Assembly (NCBI GenBank): GCA_012964335.1 | Contig: DTUF01000022.1 | Span: 30,195-94,194 of the forward strand | DNA: 64,000 nt | DNA from: Candidatus Poseidoniales archaeon | Lineage (GTDB): Archaea; Thermoplasmatota; Poseidoniia; Poseidoniales; Thalassarchaeaceae | Direction of reading: 5' to 3' | Part shown: positions 1 through 9,235 of the stretch, in pieces | How the letters are laid out: each line of letters begins with the position of its first letter | Position numbering within the stretch: position 1 is the stretch's first letter | The notes under the pieces: generated by a model | What the model was told of the DNA's origin: nothing | Seen by the model: only the letters and a program-made list of their open reading frames with translations | Database searches by the model: none | Translations under genes and position numbers: made by a program

Positions 1-195
1 GATGTGACGGTCAAACATATTAGAAGACCACATCTGAAACATACATTCTCTCGTTCGCAGTCTTGGTGGGAACCAGTAATCATCCTGTCCTATTTGAGAA
101 TACCACTTTGAAAAGCGGTGGGCTGCACGGGCCCAATTACTCTCAACCATCTAAATCACTAGGCCCTAAAGCACTACGGCACTTGAACGACGCGA

Positions 196-390
196 TTATT
201 CTATTGGTAATCCTGACACGGATTGACCATCTGATGAAGGTGTCAATCCTGTTTCAGACTGATAACAATCAAAGCATGAAAATTTATCGTCAATAGGAAT
301 CGATTGGCCAAATGTTAGTCTAGCACCACAGAAATCACAAATTGGTCCAATTTCTCCTTGGTGAATTCCTAATCTTGAGACATCAGGCAT
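196..390 (-). CDS. small hypothetical Cys-rich protein (possible zinc ribbon)
   Basis: 64-aa ORF with ATG start (cat at 388-390). CDFCGAR...SCFDCYQ four-Cys arrangement. No recognisable family; lies in the 5' 490 bp that has no other good ORF. Confidence 0.2.
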   Translation of the reverse strand: MPDVSRLGIHQGEIGPICDFCGARLTFGQSIPIDDKFSCFDCYQSETGLTPSSDGQSVSGLPIE

Positions 391-491
391 GTTACCACTA
401 CAACATTGCCGGGAGCGCCAAGTCTTTGAGCCTGTTCATTAAGTGATTTTGAATAACAATCAATTCAAGCATAAAGTTCACAACTAAATTG

Positions 492-1364
492 ATGTCGCGC
501 CAACACATGAGTGCTGATGACCGGCTTATACGCGTAGGGCATTCGCCCGATCCAGATGATGCATTTATGTTCCACGCATTAACTACTGGATTAGTTAAAA
601 CTCCAGGATTTAGATTTGAGCATGTCTTACTGGATATTGAGACATTGAATGAGAAAGCCATTGCAGAAGAATATGAAGTCAGTGCAGTTAGTATTCACGC
701 TTTTCCTGAAATATCCAATAAATATTCATTGATGAATTGTGGGGCAAGCATGGGTGAAGGATATGGCCCAATGCTTGTTAGTTCTAAAGAGATGACTTTA
801 GAAGAAGCTTGTTCAAAACCTATTGCAATCCCAGGGCAGAAGACCTCGGCACATTTGGCTTTGAAAATGGCATGCGGTAATGTTGAGACAGTTATTGTCC
901 CCTTTGACGAAATTATGCCTAGAATTCAAAGTGGTGAATTTAATAGTGGGGTCATTATTCACGAAGGGCAGTTAACTTGGAAATCTCATGGCATGAACCT
1001 TCTGTTAGATTTAGGTGTATGGTGGAATGAGAGAAACAACGGGCTTCCTCTTCCATTGGGTGGGAACGTTGTCAGGAAAAATCTTGGAAAGGAATTGTGT
1101 GAAGATATTACTGAGTGGGTTAAACAAAGTATTGAGATTGCTATATCAAACCCTGATGAAGCGTTGAAATTTGCAAGGCAATGGGGCAGGGGAATAGATG
1201 AAGAAACGAATTCTAAATTTGTACAAATGTATGTAAATTCTAGAACTATTGATTTTGGTGATGATGGTAGGGAGAGCATTATAAAATTCCTAACAGAAGG
1301 TCAAGAGATCGGAATGATTAACGATGATTTTGACCCAAGTTCAATAGAATTTATTGGTGCATAA
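492..1364 (+). CDS. mqnD: 1,4-dihydroxy-6-naphthoate synthase-like protein, MqnA/MqnD (VitK2 biosynthesis) family
   Basis: N-terminal VGHSPDPDDAFMFHAL matches the MqnD signature (SPCPNDTF[IM]FYAL). Length about 290 aa. ORF track start is TTG at 489; ATG at 492. Other mqn genes lie 3-6 kb downstream. Confidence 0.6.
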   Translation: MSRQHMSADDRLIRVGHSPDPDDAFMFHALTTGLVKTPGFRFEHVLLDIETLNEKAIAEEYEVSAVSIHAFPEISNKYSLMNCGASMGEGYGPMLVSSKEMTLEEACSKPIAIPGQKTSAHLALKMACGNVETVIVPFDEIMPRIQSGEFNSGVIIHEGQLTWKSHGMNLLLDLGVWWNERNNGLPLPLGGNVVRKNLGKELCEDITEWVKQSIEIAISNPDEALKFARQWGRGIDEETNSKFVQMYVNSRTIDFGDDGRESIIKFLTEGQEIGMINDDFDPSSIEFIGA

Positions 1365-1674
1365 GTTTGTCAGAACAAGATGAGAATCATACTTTGTTAT
1401 AACAAGGAATATGATTCAGTTTACCCAGCACCGCCAACCAGTAAAACTTCAATGAATTAGCAGTCTGGTTGACCTTCAAGAATACTCAATAGTAAGTCAT
1501 GAGGCAGAAGACGCAATAGGTGCAATTGCACATAATATTGGGGTAAATATTAATCTAAATGTTGAGTGTATTATTGCTTCTTAATCGTGTGAAGTAGAGT
1601 TTGATTTATCAGAATGGACCGTAATTGATTTAGTAGAATATAGGTTAAAATGATACATTCAAGGAGATAATTCT

Positions 1675-4107
1675 TTGGTTGAATCCGTATTCGCAGGACC
1701 GATGAGAAAACATGCGGCCACTTTCTTTCCACTTTTCATCACTGTCGTGATACTGACATCCTCACTTCCAGTAATATCTGAGGTTAATGCCTCAACCGAA
1801 GAAAATTATCCATATAGTGGTAGTATTGTAAATCCTTATTCTTTATCTGGGTCTTCAGAAATCACTTATTCCACTGATGGTACTTTAATTGCAGCAGCTT
1901 TTAATTCAGATGTTGTAATCATTAATGCTCAATACCGGACTTTCATCACAGATATTAGTATTGGCAATAAGATTTTGTCTCTTTCATTTTCTGAAGATGA
2001 TTCTTCACTTCTAGTAGGACTAGAAAGTCCATTCATGAGTACATTAGCTATGGCTATCTATGACACTTCAACTTGGCAGAGAATAGGAGTAAATGAGGAT
2101 GGTAAAGCAGTAAGCGACATCAGTATTTTACCAGGTCAAGAAATTTTTGCTTCAGCGAATGAAAACAATGGTGTGTCAGAATATTTTATCAATGATTCCA
2201 CGCATTCAATCTCAACTTTTGATGGAGAACATACTTCTGATGTAAGTTGTATGGACCATTCACCTAATGGTCAACAACTAGTAACTGGAGGTGAAGATGG
2301 GAATATATTTCTTTGGAATCGATCTTCAATGACAGTAGATATTCCTTGGCAGGTGGGTTTCAGTATCATAGATTGTTCAATTTCACCTGATGGGACCCAA
2401 CTGGCTTGGGTAACCAATTCTCTCCTTCAAGTTAGGACAGTTCCTGACGGTGAGTACATCACATCTCAGAACCTTGTTGGAACTGCAAGTCAATTAGAGT
2501 GGGCTGAAAATGGTGAAGAATTATGGGTATTAATTGAATCAACAACAAATAAATTAACTATTTTTGATGTTACAGATTATTCAATTATCACCTCATTTGA
2601 CTTAGGGCATAAAATTTCACGATTCGCTAAGTCGCCAATTGTCTCAGAGTTTGTTGTCACTACAAATACTCATTTGATTTCTGTCTTTAGGGAGGATGCT
2701 TGGGCTCCCTATTCAGGATTGGCTGGTGCAGATTTGGATGGTGATGGAACCCCAGATAGGTATGATGGCGATGACGACGGTGATGGCTTAGGGGATGATT
2801 TTGAATATTCATGTACAGAAGGTAGTGATTGCGATTTACACCCGCATCCAGATTATATTAGACAAGTCTCTATTAAAATTAACAACAATAAAATTACAAT
2901 TCAAGATACATATCAACTCAATTCTAGTATCAGCGCGCCAATAAGGGAATTAGCATCCTCAGCCGTTGCATCTGATGGATTAGTATCTCAAGGTGAAGCA
3001 ATTAAGATGGAGAAAATGTTGTGTAGCGGTACAAATGCCAACCAAATCAGTTTAGATTGGAACGAGGCACTAAAATTTGATAATTCAGCAATAATTGGAA
3101 CAACTGTTCGATGTGATGCAAAATTAGGATTGATTGGCACTGTCCAACATGATTCTAGTACGCGTATTCAACTCCGTTGGTTTATTGAAATTACTATGGC
3201 AAATAACATTCCTAGACCATTTAACATGTCGTTTAATCCTTCGGTTTCACCCCCATTACATACTATTTCTCAAATTGCTCCAACTTCACCTCTAACATTG
3301 ACTTTAATTCACCAAGGAGATACTGTCTATTACCAAACACCTATTCACACCAGCAGCCCACAATTGTCTATAATAATATTAGCGAAACCAGCTGCAGACC
3401 CCTCTATTATTGACATCTTATTATCTTGGATTGAGAGCAATTATTTACTACTATTAGGTGTAATTATTACGATAGGATTGGGAGTTATATTAGTGGTGCG
3501 AAGAAAGAACAGTATGTTATTCGAGATAGAAGAAGATGAAGAAAATTTATCCATAACAACATCAAGAAGAAGGTCATCTACCAAGAATATGCCATCAGAT
3601 AATATCTCTTCAACAGGGCGCCCTCAACCAATACAACCACCCGAAGGAGTGACTAGCCACCGACCACAACCTGCGCATCGTCCTTCTAATGAACCAATGA
3701 TTCGTCGTGTTAAGAGAGCCCCTGGTTCAGTTTCCCAGTCAGGTAAAGCACCAGAAGGAGAAGAATGGGATTACTCAGAACACGGTGCATACTGGGATAA
3801 GGATGACCCTGATGCTACAGACCCTTATGGGGAGGCCCAAGAGTTCCATAAAGAAGAATTGGCAATTCTAGATATTGCTCAACAAGTTGCTGCAGAAACT
3901 ACAGATGAAGAAATTGAAATTGAATCCCCAATTCAAACCGTAATTGAACCCGATATTGAGGGGTCGGAATCCGACATGGATGCAGCTCTATCGATAATTA
4001 CTAAACCCAAGAAAGTTAAATCAAAAAAATCAACTGATAAATCTGAAGAAGTGGATGGGAAGCCCAAGAAGAAACGTCGAAAAGTAAAACGGCGGAAATC
4101 AAGTTAA
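1675..4107 (+). CDS. cell-surface protein: signal peptide, WD40/beta-propeller-like region, thrombospondin-type-3-like Ca-binding Asp repeats, single TM helix, long charged cytoplasmic tail
   Basis: Signal-peptide-like N-terminus (MRKHAATFFPLFITVVILTSSLPVISEVNA) if started at ATG 1702. TTG at 1675 is 8 nt after an AGGAGA motif, so the start is ambiguous. TGGEDGNIFLWN WD-like blade. DLDGDGTPDRYDGDDDGDGLGDDFEY Asp-rich Ca-binding repeats. TM helix LLLLGVIITIGLGVILVV about 300 aa before the end. C-terminal K/R/E-rich tail ending KPKKKRRKVKRRKSS. Confidence 0.6.
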   Translation: MVESVFAGPMRKHAATFFPLFITVVILTSSLPVISEVNASTEENYPYSGSIVNPYSLSGSSEITYSTDGTLIAAAFNSDVVIINAQYRTFITDISIGNKILSLSFSEDDSSLLVGLESPFMSTLAMAIYDTSTWQRIGVNEDGKAVSDISILPGQEIFASANENNGVSEYFINDSTHSISTFDGEHTSDVSCMDHSPNGQQLVTGGEDGNIFLWNRSSMTVDIPWQVGFSIIDCSISPDGTQLAWVTNSLLQVRTVPDGEYITSQNLVGTASQLEWAENGEELWVLIESTTNKLTIFDVTDYSIITSFDLGHKISRFAKSPIVSEFVVTTNTHLISVFREDAWAPYSGLAGADLDGDGTPDRYDGDDDGDGLGDDFEYSCTEGSDCDLHPHPDYIRQVSIKINNNKITIQDTYQLNSSISAPIRELASSAVASDGLVSQGEAIKMEKMLCSGTNANQISLDWNEALKFDNSAIIGTTVRCDAKLGLIGTVQHDSSTRIQLRWFIEITMANNIPRPFNMSFNPSVSPPLHTISQIAPTSPLTLTLIHQGDTVYYQTPIHTSSPQLSIIILAKPAADPSIIDILLSWIESNYLLLLGVIITIGLGVILVVRRKNSMLFEIEEDEENLSITTSRRRSSTKNMPSDNISSTGRPQPIQPPEGVTSHRPQPAHRPSNEPMIRRVKRAPGSVSQSGKAPEGEEWDYSEHGAYWDKDDPDATDPYGEAQEFHKEELAILDIAQQVAAETTDEEIEIESPIQTVIEPDIEGSESDMDAALSIITKPKKVKSKKSTDKSEEVDGKPKKKRRKVKRRKSS

Positions 4108-4898
4108 ACTTCTAACCACTCGATATCATTTTTTAGGCCACATACTTCTGTAAGAAAGAATTCAAGGCCCCTTACTGAATCTGGTGATAGAATATTTGTT
4201 ACTTCATTGAAGTATCCATTAATTCTCTCTACTGAAAATCCACTTCTAGCCGCAGTGTTCCGAATTACTTCATCTTTTATTTGAGGATTGTCTCTAAAAT
4301 TTATTGCATTAGACAATAAGTCAGTATGAGCTTGTTTTAATTTATCAACGGGTGCTGAAGAAGGAGCAGCAAACACTCCAAAAACCATTGGTAATCCAGT
4401 GAGTTTTTGCCATTCTTCCCCCAGATCCATTTTGACTAATTCAGGACATCTTTGTGCTTCATCAAGTGCTCTGTCTCCAATCAATAATGCTGCATCACAC
4501 TTTGATAGCATTTCTTTTAAATCAGGACCCATATCTACTGTTTTAGGGTCTAATCCCATCTCAGCCAGAATGTATAGTACTAATATTCGAGAAGTAGATG
4601 AATCGGTTGGTAGTGCTATATCTCTGATTTTATCAAGTTCTCTATTACTGAATAACAGCACACTACCAACTGCTCCTTCAGATGCGATTCCAATGTCAGG
4701 AAGTAAAATTAATTCAGAGGAATTAGCAGCGTAATCAGCTGCTGGGATGGGGGCCACGAGACAATCTTTTCGAAGTAGGTGACCCGTTAACCAAGCAGGA
4801 GGGGCTGGTAGTATTGACCATTCTTGAGATAAATTATGAAATAACGGATCACAATTAACAAAAGAAACTCTGCCTAAAATTTCTGACCAATTAACCAC
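4104..4898 (-). CDS. mqnA: chorismate dehydratase MqnA (futalosine-pathway menaquinone biosynthesis)
   Basis: N-terminal LGRVSFVNCDPLFHNL matches the MqnA motif (R[IV]G.I.YLN.LPL[YF]). Length about 264 aa. Start codon is GTG (cac at 4896-4898); no in-frame ATG near the conserved N-terminus. Confidence 0.6.
   Translation of the reverse strand: MVNWSEILGRVSFVNCDPLFHNLSQEWSILPAPPAWLTGHLLRKDCLVAPIPAADYAANSSELILLPDIGIASEGAVGSVLLFSNRELDKIRDIALPTDSSTSRILVLYILAEMGLDPKTVDMGPDLKEMLSKCDAALLIGDRALDEAQRCPELVKMDLGEEWQKLTGLPMVFGVFAAPSSAPVDKLKQAHTDLLSNAINFRDNPQIKDEVIRNTAARSGFSVERINGYFNEVTNILSPDSVRGLEFFLTEVCGLKNDIEWLEV
4129..4134 (+). terminator. oligo-T tract downstream of the surface-protein gene stop (archaeal intrinsic-terminator-like)
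   Basis: tttttt starts 22 nt after the TAA stop at 4105-4107. It lies inside the 3' end of the convergent mqnA gene. The convergent genes' stop codons overlap (taa 4105-4107 plus strand, tta 4104-4106 minus strand). Confidence 0.2.
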
Positions 4899-4912
4899 TC
4901 TTAAACACCTCT

Positions 4913-6142
4913 CTAACTGGGTATCATTGGCAATCCGTTATTGTCAGGACGGTTATTTCTGCGAAAATTTCTGAATTGCGTATAATCGGTATTTCTCTCA
5001 ACGGCAACACCTCCAACAGACTCAATCAGATTTGCTAAATCAACGTCTATATCATTGAGTGGAGTTGTTGAACCTGCGAGATGCATGATTTCTTCATGGC
5101 TAACCGTCCCATCAATGTCATCTGCTCCGCTAAGTAAAGCAAGCGCCGAAATCTTGTCCCCGATGTTCATTCGATATGCCTTGATATGAGGGATATTATC
5201 CAACATTATCCGAGCCAATGATATCATTCTTAAAATTTCATTACCAGTTGCTAATTGTGCTTCTGGTAATCTAGATGAATCCGGTAGATATGGATAGGGG
5301 ACAAAACATTGGAATCCAGAAGTTTCATCTTGAAGAATTCTTAACTTATCAAAGTGAATCATTCTTTGTAGAGTAGACTCAACTGTCCCAAATAACATAG
5401 TACAGTTTGTTGGAATTTCAAGTTCATGAGCTATTTTATGAATGTCTAAATATTCTTCTGAGGATTCTTTCCCTTTACAAATTAAATCTCTTATCTCATC
5501 GACAAGGATTTCTGCACCACCCCCTGGGATAGAGTTTAGCCCAGAGTTTTTTAATCTTGAAATTGTTTCAGTAATAGATAGGTTAGAGATTTGTGCAAGA
5601 TGTTTTATTTCCACCGCAGTCAAAGCCTTGAGACTTATATTTGGATATTGAATCTTGAAAGCTTTGAACAGTCCTTGATAATATTCAATATCCCAGTCAG
5701 GGTGTAATCCACCAACAGTATGTACTTCAGTGATAAATTGGGAATAAGGTTCAATTCTATCTAAATATTCTTGAACTGATAATGAATAAGCATCATCTGC
5801 TTTAATTCCTCTTCTGAAAGCACAAAATTTACAAGCCAAGACACAAACATTTGTTTGATTTACATGCAAATTTCTGTTATAGAAAATAGAAGTGCCATAT
5901 CTTGATTGTTTCAAATAATGAGCGACATTGGATAGAGTAGGTAGATCACACTTATTGTGTAAAATTACCCCTTCTTCACAAGAAATTCGTTCGCCTGATA
6001 TTGCTTTATTCAGAATGATTCTAACATCGTCATTAATGGACTCAGGCAACGATGGAATAGTGCTTGTAACTTTATCACCAGTTGAGGGGATCGATGAGAC
6101 ACTCGCGGTGTCTCGCCATTGGAAAGGTGACTCAAGATGCAT
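4913..6142 (-). CDS. radical SAM menaquinone biosynthesis enzyme, MqnE (aminofutalosine synthase) / MqnC family
   Basis: CVLACKFCAF is the CxxxCxFCAF radical-SAM motif typical of MqnC/MqnE. It lies adjacent to mqnA on the same strand. ORF-track start 6163 is TTG; first ATG at 6142 (MHLESPF...). MqnC and MqnE cannot be separated by eye. Confidence 0.6.
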   Translation of the reverse strand: MHLESPFQWRDTASVSSIPSTGDKVTSTIPSLPESINDDVRIILNKAISGERISCEEGVILHNKCDLPTLSNVAHYLKQSRYGTSIFYNRNLHVNQTNVCVLACKFCAFRRGIKADDAYSLSVQEYLDRIEPYSQFITEVHTVGGLHPDWDIEYYQGLFKAFKIQYPNISLKALTAVEIKHLAQISNLSITETISRLKNSGLNSIPGGGAEILVDEIRDLICKGKESSEEYLDIHKIAHELEIPTNCTMLFGTVESTLQRMIHFDKLRILQDETSGFQCFVPYPYLPDSSRLPEAQLATGNEILRMISLARIMLDNIPHIKAYRMNIGDKISALALLSGADDIDGTVSHEEIMHLAGSTTPLNDIDVDLANLIESVGGVAVERNTDYTQFRNFRRNNRPDNNGLPMIPS

Positions 6143-6196
6143 TTCTCTCAGTTGAGCGCACAAGTCACCTGCTTTAATGGCTATCAGCGACTTTGT

Positions 6197-9130
6197 TCAA
6201 TTATTAGCGCGTCTAAATTTGAACATAAATTTCCTAAATTCTTCTATCCAAAATACTGATGATGCTACTAAGAACACCATAGCCCAATCACTGAGTTGTA
6301 GAGGAATCGTAGATAAGAAACTGCCAACCGAAATACCTAGGATAGGAATTACAGCATAAGAATTGTGAACTATAGAAACAAGTAAAATTAGACTAATAGC
6401 AAATGACGCACTAATGAATATATTTTGGAATATACCCAGTTCAAATGCAGATTTGTCAATACTTCTACTATTTACTACATTGAATAATTGGAACATTATG
6501 AATGAGGCAAACGCCAATGTGCGAGCGTATTCAAACTTTGATTGTGCATAATTATCCCAAGTTTCAACATCACATTGTCCGGTATCTAAGAAAAATTCTG
6601 GAGATGATACGGCATCTATTCCTGCACAATCCTCGCCGGAAACTAGGCCCCCGCCAGCAAGCGAGAATATTGCTAGAGTACCCAGTACCATTACGCAGCC
6701 GAGGAATCCAATAACTCGCTTATCCATGACATTTGGTAAAGGTTCAGTGAGTGCACGTGGTGGTTCATTCATCACGTCCCCATGTCGCTTTTCTATACCA
6801 AGAGCTAGGGCCGGTGGGCCATCCATTAGTATGTTAATTACAAGAAGTTGGGTTGCTGTCATTGGGAGTTTCCACCCTAAAACAAAGGTGGCAATAATTA
6901 TGAGTAGAAGTGCGGCAACATTTGTTGAAATTTGATAGCGGACGAAATTTCTAATGTTCAAGTATATCTTTCGGCCTTCTTCAATAGAATCTACAATAGA
7001 AGAAAAATTATCATCTTTTAATACCATATCAGCAGCGTCTCTTGCAACGTCTGTTCCTGCTAAGCCCATCGCAATTCCTATGTTCGCGCGTGATAAAGCA
7101 GGTGCATCGTTGTCGCCATCACCAGTCATTGCAACGACATGGCCAATTGATTGTAGCCTTGTTACAATCCTTAACTTTTGGTCTGGGGTAACTCGTGAAA
7201 ACATAACTACCTTTTCGAGTTTCAAATCTAATTCATCGTCAGTTAAATCTTGAAGTTGTCTACCTGTAACAAATTCAGAATCATCTTTGATAATACCTAT
7301 TTCATCACCAATAGCCATGGCTGTCATTTGTTGGTCACCAGTAATCATCATTACACGAACTCCAGCAGCATCACACATTGATATTGCTCCAGCAACTTCT
7401 GGACGTGGGGGATCCATGATCCCTATTAATCCAAGGAAAATTAATCCAGATTCAACGGAATCAATATCCTCCATATCTTCTTCGCCACTTAAGGGGCGAG
7501 CAGTCAGCGCAATTACCCGAAGGGCTTGAGTAGCCATTTCTAGATTAACTTCCCCAATTCTATCTCTGTGTGTGTCACCAATAGGAACTACACGTCCATT
7601 TTCAACAACATGGGTAATTCTTGAGAGGTATGGCCCAATTGCTCCCTTAGAAAATACCCACCTGCCACCTTCGTACTCATGAATTGTTGTCATTCGTTTA
7701 CGATTTCTATCAAATGTGAATTCTTTAAATCGAGGATGTTTTCGGCGGAAGGTGTCCACGGATTCTAACATTTTCCACCCAAATACTGCTGAAGCGATAT
7801 CTGTTGGATTTCCAATACCTTTCCATTCATTATCTATATGGCGAATATTGCTATTTTGACATAACAGTGAACAGGCCATGGCTAATTTGAACCCTTTTTG
7901 AACCTTTAATTCGGCAAAATCTTGTTCATCAATTTCTTTCTTTCCAATTCTTAATTTTCCATAAGTGGGGTCAAAACCTGAGCCTGAGACAGAATAAAGT
8001 TCATCACCACAGAAAAATGAGCGAACAGACATTTCATTTCTAGTTAAAGTTCCAGTTTTATCCGTGCAAATGATAGTTGCAGAACCTAATGTTTCAACAA
8101 CCTTCATCCTAGATACTATAGCATTCTTGGCGGACATGTTTTGCATTCCAATCGCTAAAGTAATAACCAATATAATTGGTAATCCCTCTGGTACAATTGC
8201 TACAAATATCACAACTGCAATTATGAATTGGTCTGCGATTACTTGCTTTAAGGCGAGGCCAGTGACACCATCAATCATAGCTAATAAAATATTGAATCCT
8301 ACTATTACAACTGCTGAAATAATAGCAATCATTGCAAGATATCTACCTAAGGAACCAAGTTTAATTTCTAGAGGGGTCTTAGGAGTTACCACACCACTTA
8401 GACCGGTTGCAATATCTCCAACTCTTGTACCCATTCCTGTTTTTACTACAATTCCTAATCCACGTCCTGACGAAACAACAGTGCCCATAAAAGCCATATT
8501 TATCATATCTTGAAGAATGGAATTTTCATCACAAATATCTACTTCTTTGTATACTACATCGGATTCCCCAGTTAATGATGATTCGTTAATGGATAGTTGG
8601 TGGACTTCTAACAACCTAATATCAGCAGGAACATTAAGTCCATCTTCTAACCAAACAATATCACCTGGGACAACTTCCTCTATCGATAATCGGTGTTCCA
8701 TTCCGTCCCGTAATACAATACAATGGCATACAAGCAATTTCTTTAGCGAATCCATCGCTTTCTCGGCTTTTGCCTCCTGAATGTAAGATAATACAGCATT
8801 CAATGTCAATGCAATACAGATGAAAATCGGTGTGCCAAGGTCATCTCTATCTGCCACGAATGCTATTATTGCTGCGAACAACAACAAATACACCATTGGG
8901 TCCCTAAAGTGATCTAATAATTTTAAGATAGGGTGTCTTGGTTTTTTTCCTTCAAGTTTATTTTCACCATACTTTTCTCGTCTACTAATTACTTCCTCTG
9001 TAGAAAGACCATCAATTGTACTGTTCAAATTTGAAAATACATTCTCCAATGGGATAGAATGCCAAAGTGGCTCGACGACGCCGTTATCTGAATTTTCTAT
9101 TGAATCTAGAGATGGCATCCGCTCCCCCAT
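6197..9130 (-). CDS. cation-transporting P-type ATPase, type II (Ca2+/Na+-pump-like)
   Basis: Cation_ATPase_N-like N-terminus (EEVISRREKYGENKLEGKK). Phosphorylation motif ICTDKTGTLT. TGDGDNDAPAL hinge motif. About 10 TM segments. ORF-track start 9163 is GTG; in-frame ATGs at 9130 and 9118. Confidence 0.85.
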   Translation of the reverse strand: MGERMPSLDSIENSDNGVVEPLWHSIPLENVFSNLNSTIDGLSTEEVISRREKYGENKLEGKKPRHPILKLLDHFRDPMVYLLLFAAIIAFVADRDDLGTPIFICIALTLNAVLSYIQEAKAEKAMDSLKKLLVCHCIVLRDGMEHRLSIEEVVPGDIVWLEDGLNVPADIRLLEVHQLSINESSLTGESDVVYKEVDICDENSILQDMINMAFMGTVVSSGRGLGIVVKTGMGTRVGDIATGLSGVVTPKTPLEIKLGSLGRYLAMIAIISAVVIVGFNILLAMIDGVTGLALKQVIADQFIIAVVIFVAIVPEGLPIILVITLAIGMQNMSAKNAIVSRMKVVETLGSATIICTDKTGTLTRNEMSVRSFFCGDELYSVSGSGFDPTYGKLRIGKKEIDEQDFAELKVQKGFKLAMACSLLCQNSNIRHIDNEWKGIGNPTDIASAVFGWKMLESVDTFRRKHPRFKEFTFDRNRKRMTTIHEYEGGRWVFSKGAIGPYLSRITHVVENGRVVPIGDTHRDRIGEVNLEMATQALRVIALTARPLSGEEDMEDIDSVESGLIFLGLIGIMDPPRPEVAGAISMCDAAGVRVMMITGDQQMTAMAIGDEIGIIKDDSEFVTGRQLQDLTDDELDLKLEKVVMFSRVTPDQKLRIVTRLQSIGHVVAMTGDGDNDAPALSRANIGIAMGLAGTDVARDAADMVLKDDNFSSIVDSIEEGRKIYLNIRNFVRYQISTNVAALLLIIIATFVLGWKLPMTATQLLVINILMDGPPALALGIEKRHGDVMNEPPRALTEPLPNVMDKRVIGFLGCVMVLGTLAIFSLAGGGLVSGEDCAGIDAVSSPEFFLDTGQCDVETWDNYAQSKFEYARTLAFASFIMFQLFNVVNSRSIDKSAFELGIFQNIFISASFAISLILLVSIVHNSYAVIPILGISVGSFLSTIPLQLSDWAMVFLVASSVFWIEEFRKFMFKFRRANN

Positions 9131-9235
9131 CCGTAGCACATTCGGGTTCCTATTTGTAGACACGGGTCAAATTCGAATCGTAAAACATAACAGTTTCATC
9201 CGTAGCATTGACTAACTAATCCCCCTGCGAAGTAT

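Noticed and set aside
63-296. 77-aa plus-strand ORF at the window start
   Set aside because: It overlaps the slightly better minus-strand Cys-rich ORF (196-390) and has no recognisable features. Not reported as a gene.
6502-8780. Series of plus-strand ORFs (70-149 aa) inside the P-type ATPase gene
   Set aside because: They are antisense shadow ORFs within a well-supported 988-aa CDS. They have low-complexity Ser/Ile/Thr-rich translations and no start-site context.
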